From a virus (taxonomy: Duplodnaviria; Caudoviricetes): a stretch of DNA of 64,000 nt. The first letter of the stretch is position 1. Each line of letters opens with the position of its first letter. The DNA lies in IMG/VR virus record IMGVR_UViG_3300015214_000004, positions 10,839 to 74,838 of that record. The stretch is one strand, 5' to 3'. The notes under the pieces are model-generated. The model saw only the letters and a list, made by a program, of their open reading frames with translations, had not been told where the DNA came from and made no database searches. Positions 15,992 to 24,714 of the stretch are shown in pieces. The translations under genes and the position numbers were made by a program.

Positions 15992-16059
15992 CTTCTTCCA
16001 TTTCAAAGAACATGACAGTAAATCCTTAAAACAGCTTCCGCCAGGGGGCTGTTTTTTTT
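15992..16059 (+). ncRNA. Candidate small RNA 2, complementary to the leftward operon leader
   Basis: Promoter GTTG-N20-TATATTTG (15958-15989), terminator AAACAGCTTCC/GGGGGCTGTTT plus T run; carries 11 nt and 9 nt blocks identical to the plus strand at 9071-9097. Confidence 0.5.
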
Positions 16060-16116
16060 ATAAAAAATTTATATATTTGCAATAATTGTCATATATTTGC
16101 ATGACCACAAAACAAT

Positions 16117-16440
16117 ATGAAAGTAGAATATATTACACATCAAGATATTTGCGGAGCTGATTGCTCCCTTGATAGTCGTTCTCTATTAGTGTTTTGTGGT
16201 CAAAAATACAAAATAGGGAGCTTTCACCCCGCAACTTCCAAAACTGATTTCATCGAGTTTAAAACAAAAGTGGGAGGCTGGTATTTAGGCCAGTCTATGT
16301 CGAAATTATCATCAACAAAACAATTTAAAATTAAGTGCTGGCAATGTCCTAAACTGACAACCAGTGACCTGAACTATGTTTTGTTGATAGGTCAAAATAT
16401 TATAAATAGAAGTATTTATAATTACGTAGGAATAGCGTAG
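16117..16440 (+). CDS. Hypothetical protein
   Basis: 107 aa ORF downstream of tandem TATATTTG elements (16072, 16092). Confidence 0.5.
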   Translation: MKVEYITHQDICGADCSLDSRSLLVFCGQKYKIGSFHPATSKTDFIEFKTKVGGWYLGQSMSKLSSTKQFKIKCWQCPKLTTSDLNYVLLIGQNIINRSIYNYVGIA

Positions 16441-16561
16441 GGATACCGATTGATAATAATTCGACTTGTTTGATATCTTAAATGAATGAATAAATAATTA
16501 AATTTATAAGTTCAGGGATATAAAGACTTTATTTATATATAATTAAAAAATAATTAAAAAA

Positions 16562-16909
16562 ATGGAAGAAAATAACATTTTTAACAGAATTATCTTAATC
16601 ATTAAAAACATTAAAGCGTATAAGTATTGGAAAGCAAAAAGAAAAGGAAAAAAGTTCTGTGAACATGAAAGGGGTTGTGGATATTATTTGACGCTTGGAT
16701 TACTTGGTCATAATGTAAAAGGCCAAAAATGGGAAACGGAAATGCAAAGCGGTAAAACAGGCATATATGAATTGGTAGGTTATGAAAGTTTCGGAGACCC
16801 TCATGATATGGTAAAGAAAAGCTGGTGGAATTTTATAGGTTATAAAGGGATTAAACCAATAAAAGAATGTAGTTTTAATGAATTTTTATCTATTTACTGC
16901 AAAAAATAA
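16562..16909 (+). CDS. Hypothetical protein
   Basis: 115 aa ORF. Confidence 0.6.
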   Translation: MEENNIFNRIILIIKNIKAYKYWKAKRKGKKFCEHERGCGYYLTLGLLGHNVKGQKWETEMQSGKTGIYELVGYESFGDPHDMVKKSWWNFIGYKGIKPIKECSFNEFLSIYCKK

Positions 16910-16915
16910 TCAGAG

Positions 16916-17099
16916 TGCTTTGGTATGTGCTTTGCCATTATTTACCAAAGCATTTTAAAAATAAAAAAACGAAAAAAAATGAATCAAAAAACAGAAACAC
17001 AAGTAATTAACAAAAATGCTTTGCCAGTTGCTTTGGTAAAAAATACCAAAGCATTTTTACAAAAAAAATATTAGTGCTTTGGTAAAAAATACCAGGGCA
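16916..17099. repeat. Array of eight 10-mers (TGCTTTGGTA / TACCAAAGCA and variants) in both orientations
   Basis: Copies at 16916, 16928, 16943 (inverted), 17017, 17029, 17044 (inverted), 17075 and 17090 (inverted, variant). Confidence 0.85.
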
Positions 17100-17127
17100 A
17101 AACATAAAAACTAAAATATGGAAAACA

Positions 17128-17556
17128 ATGGAAAGAGAAATTAAATTCCGTGCATGGGACAATAAAAACAAAAAATGGTTATTGGGATATGAATATCCAA
17201 ACCTGAGAGGTTTTTCTTTAACTGGTGAATGTGTAATGCTTGGTGAATGGGCAAGTGTATTTGAAATGTTCCTGTTTGAGAAAAACGGCTTAAAATGGGA
17301 TGATTTAAAGATTATGCAATATACTGGATTGAAAGATAAAAATGAAAAAGAAACATATGAAGGCGACATAGTAAAAACAGGATATGGTGTTGGATCGGTT
17401 ATTTTCGTAAATAGCTGTTTTATGATACAATGGTTAGATGATAAAGAATCATACGTTGAATTATTGATATCAAGGAAATTTCCACATGTAAGAAAAGATG
17501 ATGATATGTTTGAGGTTATTGGAAATATTTACGAAAACAATGAATTATTAAAATGA
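17128..17556 (+). CDS. YopX-family protein
   Basis: REIKFRAWD, MQYTGLKDKN....EGDIV, EVIGNIYEN.ELL. Confidence 0.9.
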   Translation: MEREIKFRAWDNKNKKWLLGYEYPNLRGFSLTGECVMLGEWASVFEMFLFEKNGLKWDDLKIMQYTGLKDKNEKETYEGDIVKTGYGVGSVIFVNSCFMIQWLDDKESYVELLISRKFPHVRKDDDMFEVIGNIYENNELLK

Positions 17557-17726
17557 CAACATTTGTAGTACCGATAGCATATAAAAAAATAATTATTAAA
17601 ATTATATGTTATATCATAATAAATTTATAATATTGTACAGTAAACAAATAAAAAAACACATGAACTACACGCCAAACGAAAAAAAAGTATATAATATACC
17701 ATCTATGTTTAAATTATATTGAATTT

Positions 17727-17960
17727 ATGTCAAATGAAACAGACATAAAAATAATATCGACCAAAATAACAAACATGGCGTTTACTAATGTAGGTTATTG
17801 TGAATTAAGGCAATTTATAATAAATTCAATAACAGAAATAGCTGTTGCATCATATAACAAAGGGTCTAAAGACAAACAAGAAACAATCACAAAGATAAAA
17901 GAAGCGCAGGATAGGATTATTAAGAATAAATTTAAAAAGATACTTAATGGATATATGTGA
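17727..17960 (+). CDS. Hypothetical protein
   Basis: 77 aa ORF ending at a terminator. Confidence 0.55.
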   Translation: MSNETDIKIISTKITNMAFTNVGYCELRQFIINSITEIAVASYNKGSKDKQETITKIKEAQDRIIKNKFKKILNGYM

Positions 17961-17961
17961 C

Positions 17962-17996
17962 AAAAAAAATGCCCAAGTAATGGGCATTAGTTTTTT
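17962..17996. terminator. Bidirectional terminator
   Basis: A8-TGCCCA-AGTAA-TGGGCA-TTAGTTTTTT between convergent genes. Confidence 0.7.
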
Positions 17997-18012
17997 AGCG
18001 GCAATGGTTTTT

Positions 18013-18276
18013 TTAATCATCCAATGCTTCAATAGTTTCTACTGTTGCTGTAACCCAGCATTTGATCATAGTTCCGTGTTCGCCTGCCCCATATCCGGTA
18101 CGAACCCAAATCTCAGAATTGACCAATCCATCAGAAACACCATCTTTATCGCAAACAGATGGAAAAGCAAGCATTCCAACAGTGTCAAAAGCCATAGTAA
18201 CAGAATCATAATCTACCGGTTTTCCGGCGCCAGACCCTTTCCTTATTCGTCTGACTACAAAATTTTCTAATGCCAT
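18013..18276 (-). CDS. Hypothetical protein (isolated minus-strand gene)
   Basis: 87 aa ORF with globular composition ending just before the bidirectional terminator. Confidence 0.6.
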   Translation of the reverse strand: MALENFVVRRIRKGSGAGKPVDYDSVTMAFDTVGMLAFPSVCDKDGVSDGLVNSEIWVRTGYGAGEHGTMIKCWVTATVETIEALDD

Positions 18277-18329
18277 GATATTATAAATTTTAAAAAAGTT
18301 AATAATTGTAACAAAAATATAGTAAAAAA

Positions 18330-19295
18330 ATGAGAAAAATCAAAAACATCCTTCTCTACATAGACAGTGAGAAAAGCGTGTGCAATTATTGGCGAGGTAC
18401 AGGTGTGTTCAACGAACTGGAAAGGGACGGCCATGTAAAGACAAAAATATCAGATTGGAAAGAATCGTTGATAACATTAAGGAAACATGACATTGCGTAT
18501 TTTCAAAGACCGATGTTTGGCCATTGCTTGCAACAGGTATTGATGGCGAAAGACTGCGGATTGAAGGTATGGGTAGACCTTGACGATTGGATGTCGTTAC
18601 CTGACAACCACCCGGCAAAAAAGACTTACGATTCCAATTTTGACCTAAAAGCATTTAAGACTATAATGATGGCGGCAGACATAGTGTCTGTAACAAACGA
18701 TAAAATGAAGGAATCATATTTAAGGTTCAATACCAATATAGTTGTAATACCAAATGCAATAAACGACAGGTTGTTCAAGCAAAGGCCGCAATCAACAAAT
18801 AAAGTTTTGTTATGGAGGGGGGGGGTGAACCATATTAACGACATAAGGACAGAAACAGAATCAATAAAATACATCCTTGAAACGCATAACGACTGGAATT
18901 TTGTAACTATTGGAGAAAGGCTGCCAGAATATGACAGGGTAAAGAACCATCAACATATTGGCAGGTTAAGTATGCATGATTATTTTGGTTTTATGTTACA
19001 ATTAAACCCGGCCATTGTAATCGCCCCACTTGAAGAAAACAAGTTCAATATGTTAAAAAGCAATATCGTTTGGCAAGAAGCAACTATTTCTGGTGCAGTA
19101 TGTGTCACACCTGAATTTTCATCTTGTTGTGATGGTATTAAATATTGCTATTCTATCAGGGACGAACTTGATAGGATAATGAAAAACAGAAGGCTGATAT
19201 ATGAAAACTTTAAATCTTCCGTTGTGTCATTGAGAAAAAACTATTATTTGTCCAATATTAACAAACTTAGATTAAAAATAATAAAGTCGCTATGA
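18330..19295 (+). CDS. Glycosyltransferase, GT-B fold (GT4-like)
   Basis: W.DLDD, VIPNAI, PLEENKFN..KSNI.W.E....GA.C motifs. Confidence 0.7.
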   Translation: MRKIKNILLYIDSEKSVCNYWRGTGVFNELERDGHVKTKISDWKESLITLRKHDIAYFQRPMFGHCLQQVLMAKDCGLKVWVDLDDWMSLPDNHPAKKTYDSNFDLKAFKTIMMAADIVSVTNDKMKESYLRFNTNIVVIPNAINDRLFKQRPQSTNKVLLWRGGVNHINDIRTETESIKYILETHNDWNFVTIGERLPEYDRVKNHQHIGRLSMHDYFGFMLQLNPAIVIAPLEENKFNMLKSNIVWQEATISGAVCVTPEFSSCCDGIKYCYSIRDELDRIMKNRRLIYENFKSSVVSLRKNYYLSNINKLRLKIIKSL

Positions 19296-20341
19296 TAAAA
19301 TACGAAGATCAAGTAGAACTTGTAAGGCCGTGGTGGAACCATAAAAAGTTCCATGAGGACAAATTGAAAGATGTCACGGTCCTTATATGCCAAAGGAAAA
19401 CGAAAGAATTAATAACCTTGTGCCTTGAGAGCCTTTTGAATTTTTACCATGACATAAACGTTTTAGTGGTGGACGGTGATAGTCAAGACGATTCTTTATT
19501 GTATCTAAAGTTTAAAGCTGCGATGTACCCGAACGTGAAGGTATGGGAGAGGAAAGGGATAAACTCTCATGGGGTAACTATGGACGAAGCTATAAAACAA
19601 CACATAAAAACAAAATATGTCCTTTTGATGGATTCAGATGTCATTACAATCCGGGGCGGATGGATAGAAGAAATGTTGGCAAGCATGAAAATGGGGGCAT
19701 ATGCGACTGGGGCACTGATGCTGGTCACACGATCGAATTATGCCATTGGACTTCCAAAAGACGAGGACGATGTTTTAAGGTATGTCCACCCGTCAACAGG
19801 TATGTATGACGTTGAACAGTACAAAAAAATGGAACCATTTGCAGATCATGGTGCTCCTTGCGTTTTTAACATGTTGGATGCAGAGAAAAAAAACCTTATT
19901 GTCGATTATTATCCAATTGACAGGTATGTCGCCCATTTGAGCGGAGCAAGCTGGTGTGTCCCGAAACCAATATGGCCACATGGGTTCAATGTTAGGCCGG
20001 TCTATTTCATGACAATAATACCATACGGGACAGAGCAAATGTACGAATCATTATATTGTCAGAAATATCAATGGTTTGATATTGTATTTGAAGGCGTATA
20101 TGTTAAGGAACATATTATAATGCACCAATTTGGGGAAAGGAACGTAGGAAATTCAAATTATCAAAACAGGATGCTTGTAAATGGCGAATATGTTTGTGAA
20201 ATAAATGAATGCGTCTCTGCGACATTTGAAGAAAAATTTATAAATTACATTATAGAGAACGGGGCTGTTGATGAATTGGAAATAGATAATATTAAAATTG
20301 TAAAACGCAATAAATGGCAACAGGAGAACGCATTGAGATAA
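19292..20341 (+). CDS. Glycosyltransferase, GT-A fold (GT2-like)
   Basis: VLVVDGDSQDDS, HG..MD.AI, YVLLMDSD (DxD). Confidence 0.8.
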   Translation: MIKYEDQVELVRPWWNHKKFHEDKLKDVTVLICQRKTKELITLCLESLLNFYHDINVLVVDGDSQDDSLLYLKFKAAMYPNVKVWERKGINSHGVTMDEAIKQHIKTKYVLLMDSDVITIRGGWIEEMLASMKMGAYATGALMLVTRSNYAIGLPKDEDDVLRYVHPSTGMYDVEQYKKMEPFADHGAPCVFNMLDAEKKNLIVDYYPIDRYVAHLSGASWCVPKPIWPHGFNVRPVYFMTIIPYGTEQMYESLYCQKYQWFDIVFEGVYVKEHIIMHQFGERNVGNSNYQNRMLVNGEYVCEINECVSATFEEKFINYIIENGAVDELEIDNIKIVKRNKWQQENALR

Positions 20342-20997
20342 ACATATTTTGGCACATACTATTGAAAAACCATGCCATTGAAATAATCCGGGAACAATTA
20401 CGCTGCATGAAAGAAAGCGGGCTTTTCGACAGGGCAAACAATATATTTATTGGGCTTATAGTTGTGGATTTTACTTTATTAAAAGAATTTCAATTAATAA
20501 TTTCATCAATAAAAACAAATATTGTTGCGGAAAGCGTAAATGAACTGGATTATGAATTTTTAACACTTGATTATGTTTATGAAAAATGTTGCAAAGAGAA
20601 CCCATTTTATGGTCTTTACATACACACTAAGGGGGTAAGTTATCCCGGAAATGAGGGAGGGAAATTTTGGCTTGATTATATGAACCATTATAACATTACA
20701 AGATGGAAAGAAGCGGTTGACAAATTGGACAAAGGATATGATTTATTTGGCGTAAATATGTTGACAGAAAATAATATCCCAGCAAATAGAAGGCATTATT
20801 CAGGAAATTTTTTTTGGTTTTGGTCTGATTATATATCAACGCTTACAGATCCTAAATTACTTGACAGGAGAAACAGGGGAGAAGCAGAGATGTGGGCATG
20901 TTCCAATTATCCCATAGCGGCTACCGGATGCCAGGTATTTGTTGATTATAACACAAAAGGAAAATTTGAACCATTTAAAATAAATAGCAACATATGA
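20314..20997 (+). CDS. Putative glycosyltransferase-like protein
   Basis: YEFLTL, LYIHTKGVS, HYSGNFFW, R..AE.W motifs seen in viral sugar-modifying clusters. Confidence 0.45.
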   Translation: MATGERIEINIFWHILLKNHAIEIIREQLRCMKESGLFDRANNIFIGLIVVDFTLLKEFQLIISSIKTNIVAESVNELDYEFLTLDYVYEKCCKENPFYGLYIHTKGVSYPGNEGGKFWLDYMNHYNITRWKEAVDKLDKGYDLFGVNMLTENNIPANRRHYSGNFFWFWSDYISTLTDPKLLDRRNRGEAEMWACSNYPIAATGCQVFVDYNTKGKFEPFKINSNI

Positions 20998-21779
20998 ACT
21001 ACGTACATTCGCTTTGTTGGAACCTTCCCTGGGAAGTAAAAGAAGCCACAAAATCGTTATATGAACTAAACGACAAAAAAGATTTTGTCCATATAATCGT
21101 TGATTTGGGTTTTCCGTTGATTAAAGATGTGGTTCCAAAAGATATTGAAGAAACAAAAAAACAACAATCACAATTATTGCAAGGAATAGCAAAGCAATTT
21201 GGTTCTGTCTATTTGCAATTGCCAAACGTTGGAGTTTCACAAAACTGGACCGCTGTCTATGAATGGTTAGTGGCATATCATGGTTTTACTGAAAAGGACA
21301 ACCTTATCTGTGCAGACCCTGACGAAAGGCCAAGGCCCAGGAATTGGGTACAGGCCATTGGTGATGTTTTGAGATCAGAAGAAAAATACGGATGGGTTTC
21401 ATTGTCGCTCCCAGAACATTTTCCGATATTGAACAAGTCAAATACCATAGAAAAAAAAATATCCGGCCATAGGGTATGGGAAATAATAGGTAACCTTAAT
21501 TGGGCGCAAGGTGGGTTTTCAGGAAAATTCCTGTCAGAAGAAGGGGGCATACCATACCTGGAAGAAATGCCTATTTATGGAGGCATTGAACATGCATCAT
21601 TGATTGTGATGAAAGAATTAGGGTACAAATGGTGCATGTTGCCTGATTATATTGTAGACCACACCGATTATGAAAAAGGGACAGAAGGAGCTTCAAGATT
21701 GTTAAGGGAATGGAAAAATGATATAATCTTTAATTTAAAACAACAAATAACATTTGAAGAATGGCTAAAAAGGTTTTAG
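20994..21779 (+). CDS. Putative GT-A glycosyltransferase
   Basis: HIIVDLG, N.GVSQNW, ADPDE (DxD) motifs; cluster context. Confidence 0.5.
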   Translation: MNYVHSLCWNLPWEVKEATKSLYELNDKKDFVHIIVDLGFPLIKDVVPKDIEETKKQQSQLLQGIAKQFGSVYLQLPNVGVSQNWTAVYEWLVAYHGFTEKDNLICADPDERPRPRNWVQAIGDVLRSEEKYGWVSLSLPEHFPILNKSNTIEKKISGHRVWEIIGNLNWAQGGFSGKFLSEEGGIPYLEEMPIYGGIEHASLIVMKELGYKWCMLPDYIVDHTDYEKGTEGASRLLREWKNDIIFNLKQQITFEEWLKRF

Positions 21780-22639
21780 TTCTTGGTGCTGCTGGGTTTA
21801 TAGGTAGCAATATTGCTAAATCGTTAAATGAAAACGGATATGTTGTTGCCGGTGTTGACAACATGAGTTTTGGAAGCGAGAAAAACGTACCTGATATTGT
21901 TTTTGGCCGTCAATGTATATCAACATTGGAAAAAGATTTGTTAAATACATTTGATGTAATAGTATCTTCTTATTGTTCAAACATAATATATGCAATGGAC
22001 AATATGGTTGAGACATATATCAATAATATTGTAAATGGTATAAAATGTTTTTCAAAATTCAATGGAAAAATAATATATCTTAGTACATCGTCTGTTTATG
22101 GAAATCAAAAAGAATATCCTACAAAAGAAGATGCTGAGATAAATTTACACGGGGCATACGCTATCTCGAAACATGTTATGGAACAATATCTAAAGCAGAG
22201 GGGAAACTTCACCACGCTTAGGCTGTCAAATGTATATGGCTATAACCATAGGCCTGAAAACCCTTATTGTGGTGTAATAAACAAGTTTATATATAATAAA
22301 TTGACAAATAATGTCAATAAAATATCAGGTGGATATAGTTCATCAAGGGACTATACGTTTGTTACCGATGTTGTAAATGCTTTAATAAAATGCATTCAAT
22401 TACCAGCATTTAATCAAGAGATCAATATTGGGACATCGACAGAAACAACTATCTTTGAATTGGCAAAGATGATAGGCGGTGACTATGAGGTTATTAAAAA
22501 AAGAGAGATTGATGTGATAGAAAGAAGGTGTTTGGATATAAGCAAGGCTAAAAAACTTCTTGGATGGGAACCAAAGGTATGTTTGGAAGAAGGCTTGAAA
22601 TTGACAGAACAATGGATCAAAGAAAACTATGTTAAATAA
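21761..22639 (+). CDS. NAD-dependent nucleotide-sugar epimerase/dehydratase (extended SDR)
   Basis: GAAGFIG, STSSVYG, YAISK (YxxxK), RLSNVYG, RDYTFV.DV. Confidence 0.9.
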   Translation: MAKKVLVLGAAGFIGSNIAKSLNENGYVVAGVDNMSFGSEKNVPDIVFGRQCISTLEKDLLNTFDVIVSSYCSNIIYAMDNMVETYINNIVNGIKCFSKFNGKIIYLSTSSVYGNQKEYPTKEDAEINLHGAYAISKHVMEQYLKQRGNFTTLRLSNVYGYNHRPENPYCGVINKFIYNKLTNNVNKISGGYSSSRDYTFVTDVVNALIKCIQLPAFNQEINIGTSTETTIFELAKMIGGDYEVIKKREIDVIERRCLDISKAKKLLGWEPKVCLEEGLKLTEQWIKENYVK

Positions 22640-22970
22640 TTTACGCAACATACACGCATACGTGAAACCGGAAGGTTTTGTCCTTTTGCCGGACGAATCT
22701 TTTATTTTAGACAAAGCAACAAACAGGAACCAAAAAAGGCTGTTAATGAAATATGTCAGGAAAATTCATGCCAATATAGCAGAATTAGAAAACTATTTCT
22801 ACGACAGCCTTTTTATTGACGAAAAAGGATACAATGAAGCGTATACGGAATGTCTTGATAAGTACCATGAAATATGTGAGCGGTTCAGGTGGGTCCGTGG
22901 AATAAATATGGATGAATATTATTTTGTTAAACTATTTAAACCATTGGAAAATGAAGCCGATTGTATTTGA
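22629..22970 (+). CDS. Hypothetical protein
   Basis: 113 aa ORF in an overlapping chain. Confidence 0.55.
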   Translation: MLNNLRNIHAYVKPEGFVLLPDESFILDKATNRNQKRLLMKYVRKIHANIAELENYFYDSLFIDEKGYNEAYTECLDKYHEICERFRWVRGINMDEYYFVKLFKPLENEADCI

Positions 22971-23463
22971 CAACGAAATGACCACTCATAATATAGTGTC
23001 TTTAATGGAATCAATACATGATTCAATTAGTAAGGAAAAAATCATTTTATATTTTAGCGGGCACGGAATAAATATATCAGGGGAGAAGATGTTGATAAAC
23101 TTTATAAATAATTTGGATTTAAACAATGTTCAAATAGAAATAATTGCATTTAACCATTTGTTTGAAAGTGCATTTAATGTTTTTTTTAAATGTTGTCCGC
23201 AAAAGTCAATTTTAAAGACTGTAATAGGTATGATAAGGTTGCCGCAAGACCCTGCCGCTTTAAAAGAAATTAGGGTTGAAAACAGGTTTTTATACGATGT
23301 GGCAAAAAAAGATAATGAAACATTTTTAAAATGGATAAGCCCTGTAAATTTTACAGAAAGGGAAGCAAGAAAGATAAAGTCTGGAAAACAATTAATGTTG
23401 GACAACAACAGGCTTATGACAATATTACACGGATATTATAACATATTATCAGAACCGGTGTAA
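22948..23463 (+). CDS. Degenerate ClpP/crotonase-fold protein
   Basis: IILYFSGHG aligns by eye to ClpP ILYINSPGG and GMIRLP to IMIHQP; start taken at MKPIVF. Confidence 0.5.
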   Translation, partial: KMKPIVFDNEMTTHNIVSLMESIHDSISKEKIILYFSGHGINISGEKMLINFINNLDLNNVQIEIIAFNHLFESAFNVFFKCCPQKSILKTVIGMIRLPQDPAALKEIRVENRFLYDVAKKDNETFLKWISPVNFTEREARKIKSGKQLMLDNNRLMTILHGYYNILSEPV

Positions 23464-24714
23464 ACTACCCACCCACAGCTAACGCTGATGGGATGGGCTT
23501 TAAACAATAAACAAGATGCGTATTACAACACAAAATACTCTGTTTTTCAGGCTGGCTTACAACACAGCCCCATGCGGCAATATTCTTAGCAGCGTTATGA
23601 TCTGCATCAGAAATATTACCACAATTTTCACATCTAAAGTGTTTGCCATTTCTTTTGCCAATATGCAAACATTCGCTACACGTTTGAGAAGTGTAAGCTG
23701 GCGGAATAGCGAACAACTTAATCCCATTAAGTTTAGCATTATATTCCAAAAACTGACGAAGTTGGTAAAAACTCCAACGGTTCAATTCGGTTTTAAGTGC
23801 TTTGCTTTTTGGCTTTGCTGTTTTGCGTATGCCTCTCAAATCTTCAATAGCTATGCCTTTATTTTCTTTTTTGGCTTTAGCTACTATTTGTTTACTTATT
23901 GTGTGGTTGTTTATGGTAACAAACCTTCGTTCTCTGCCACTCAACCGTTTCAGCAGCTTGCGGCTGCTTCTTGTGCCTTTAGCCTGAACGCTGGCTCTCA
24001 CTTTAGAATATTTTTTACGAAGTTTTTTAAGTTGTTCAGAATTATAGTTAGTTCCATCACTCAATGTAACGATATCCGATTGCCCAAAATCGCAACCAAT
24101 AAATTCTTCTACATCCTCAACATCTTCTTCGGGAACGTCAACTGTTTGAAAAAGGTAAAACTTGCCTTTCTTGTAAACCAAATCGGCTTCTCCTTTAATG
24201 TAAGGAATGTAGCTTGGATTATGGCAAACAAAGTCAATCTTTTGCCTACCACCAATACACCACAAAGAAACCACATTGTTAGGCTTGTAGGTCATTATCC
24301 TACTGTCATAAGCAATACTTCCAAGTGGCTTGAAGGTGCGTTTGGTTTTCTTGTCCAACTTATAAGCATCAGCAACTTTAGCTATTTGCCTAATAAGTAT
24401 TTGGGAAGAAAGTTGAAATGTAGCTTTATACGAATGGTAAACTCGGTGGTGAAGTTTAAAGTTATTGAAAATCTTTTCTTGCCAAGCCACATCAGAAATA
24501 GCATTGCAAACAGCATTAGCTTCCTTCATTGTTTCGAGAAGCAAGTCAGCCTGCTGGTCAGTAGGCAAAAGTTTTATTTTCAACGTCAACTTCATGCCAT
24601 GAATATACAAAATATTTCTGATATAAGAAAATTGTTTAACTTTGGTAATGCGAAAGCAGGCGCATTCCTCCCATCGGCACTTCGTGACCAATGGGTTTCC
24701 TGCGCTTAGATTTT
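23460..24714 (-). mobile_element. IS200/IS605-family TnpB-only element (IS1341-like), 1255 bp
   Basis: Left-end hairpin GCGCATTCCTCCCAT...ATGGGTTTCCTGCGC; right end ...GGGTAGTTTAC on the minus strand; no tnpA; removal restores an ATGA gene overlap. Confidence 0.85.
23465..24595 (-). CDS. tnpB: TnpB RNA-guided endonuclease
   Basis: RuvC-I IGCDFG, RuvC-II IAIEDL, zinc finger YTSQTCSEC...CENC, RuvC-III DADHNAAKNI; start MKLTLKIKL. Confidence 0.95.
   Translation of the reverse strand: MKLTLKIKLLPTDQQADLLLETMKEANAVCNAISDVAWQEKIFNNFKLHHRVYHSYKATFQLSSQILIRQIAKVADAYKLDKKTKRTFKPLGSIAYDSRIMTYKPNNVVSLWCIGGRQKIDFVCHNPSYIPYIKGEADLVYKKGKFYLFQTVDVPEEDVEDVEEFIGCDFGQSDIVTLSDGTNYNSEQLKKLRKKYSKVRASVQAKGTRSSRKLLKRLSGRERRFVTINNHTISKQIVAKAKKENKGIAIEDLRGIRKTAKPKSKALKTELNRWSFYQLRQFLEYNAKLNGIKLFAIPPAYTSQTCSECLHIGKRNGKHFRCENCGNISDADHNAAKNIAAWGCVVSQPEKQSILCCNTHLVYCLKPIPSALAVGG

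Noticed and set aside
17947-18270. 107 aa plus-strand ORF
   Set aside because: Runs through a terminator hairpin and overlaps a more protein-like minus-strand gene that ends at that terminator.
23516-24709. 397 aa plus-strand ORF
   Set aside because: Antisense shadow of tnpB; long opposite-strand frames are common in these elements and it has no recognisable motifs.
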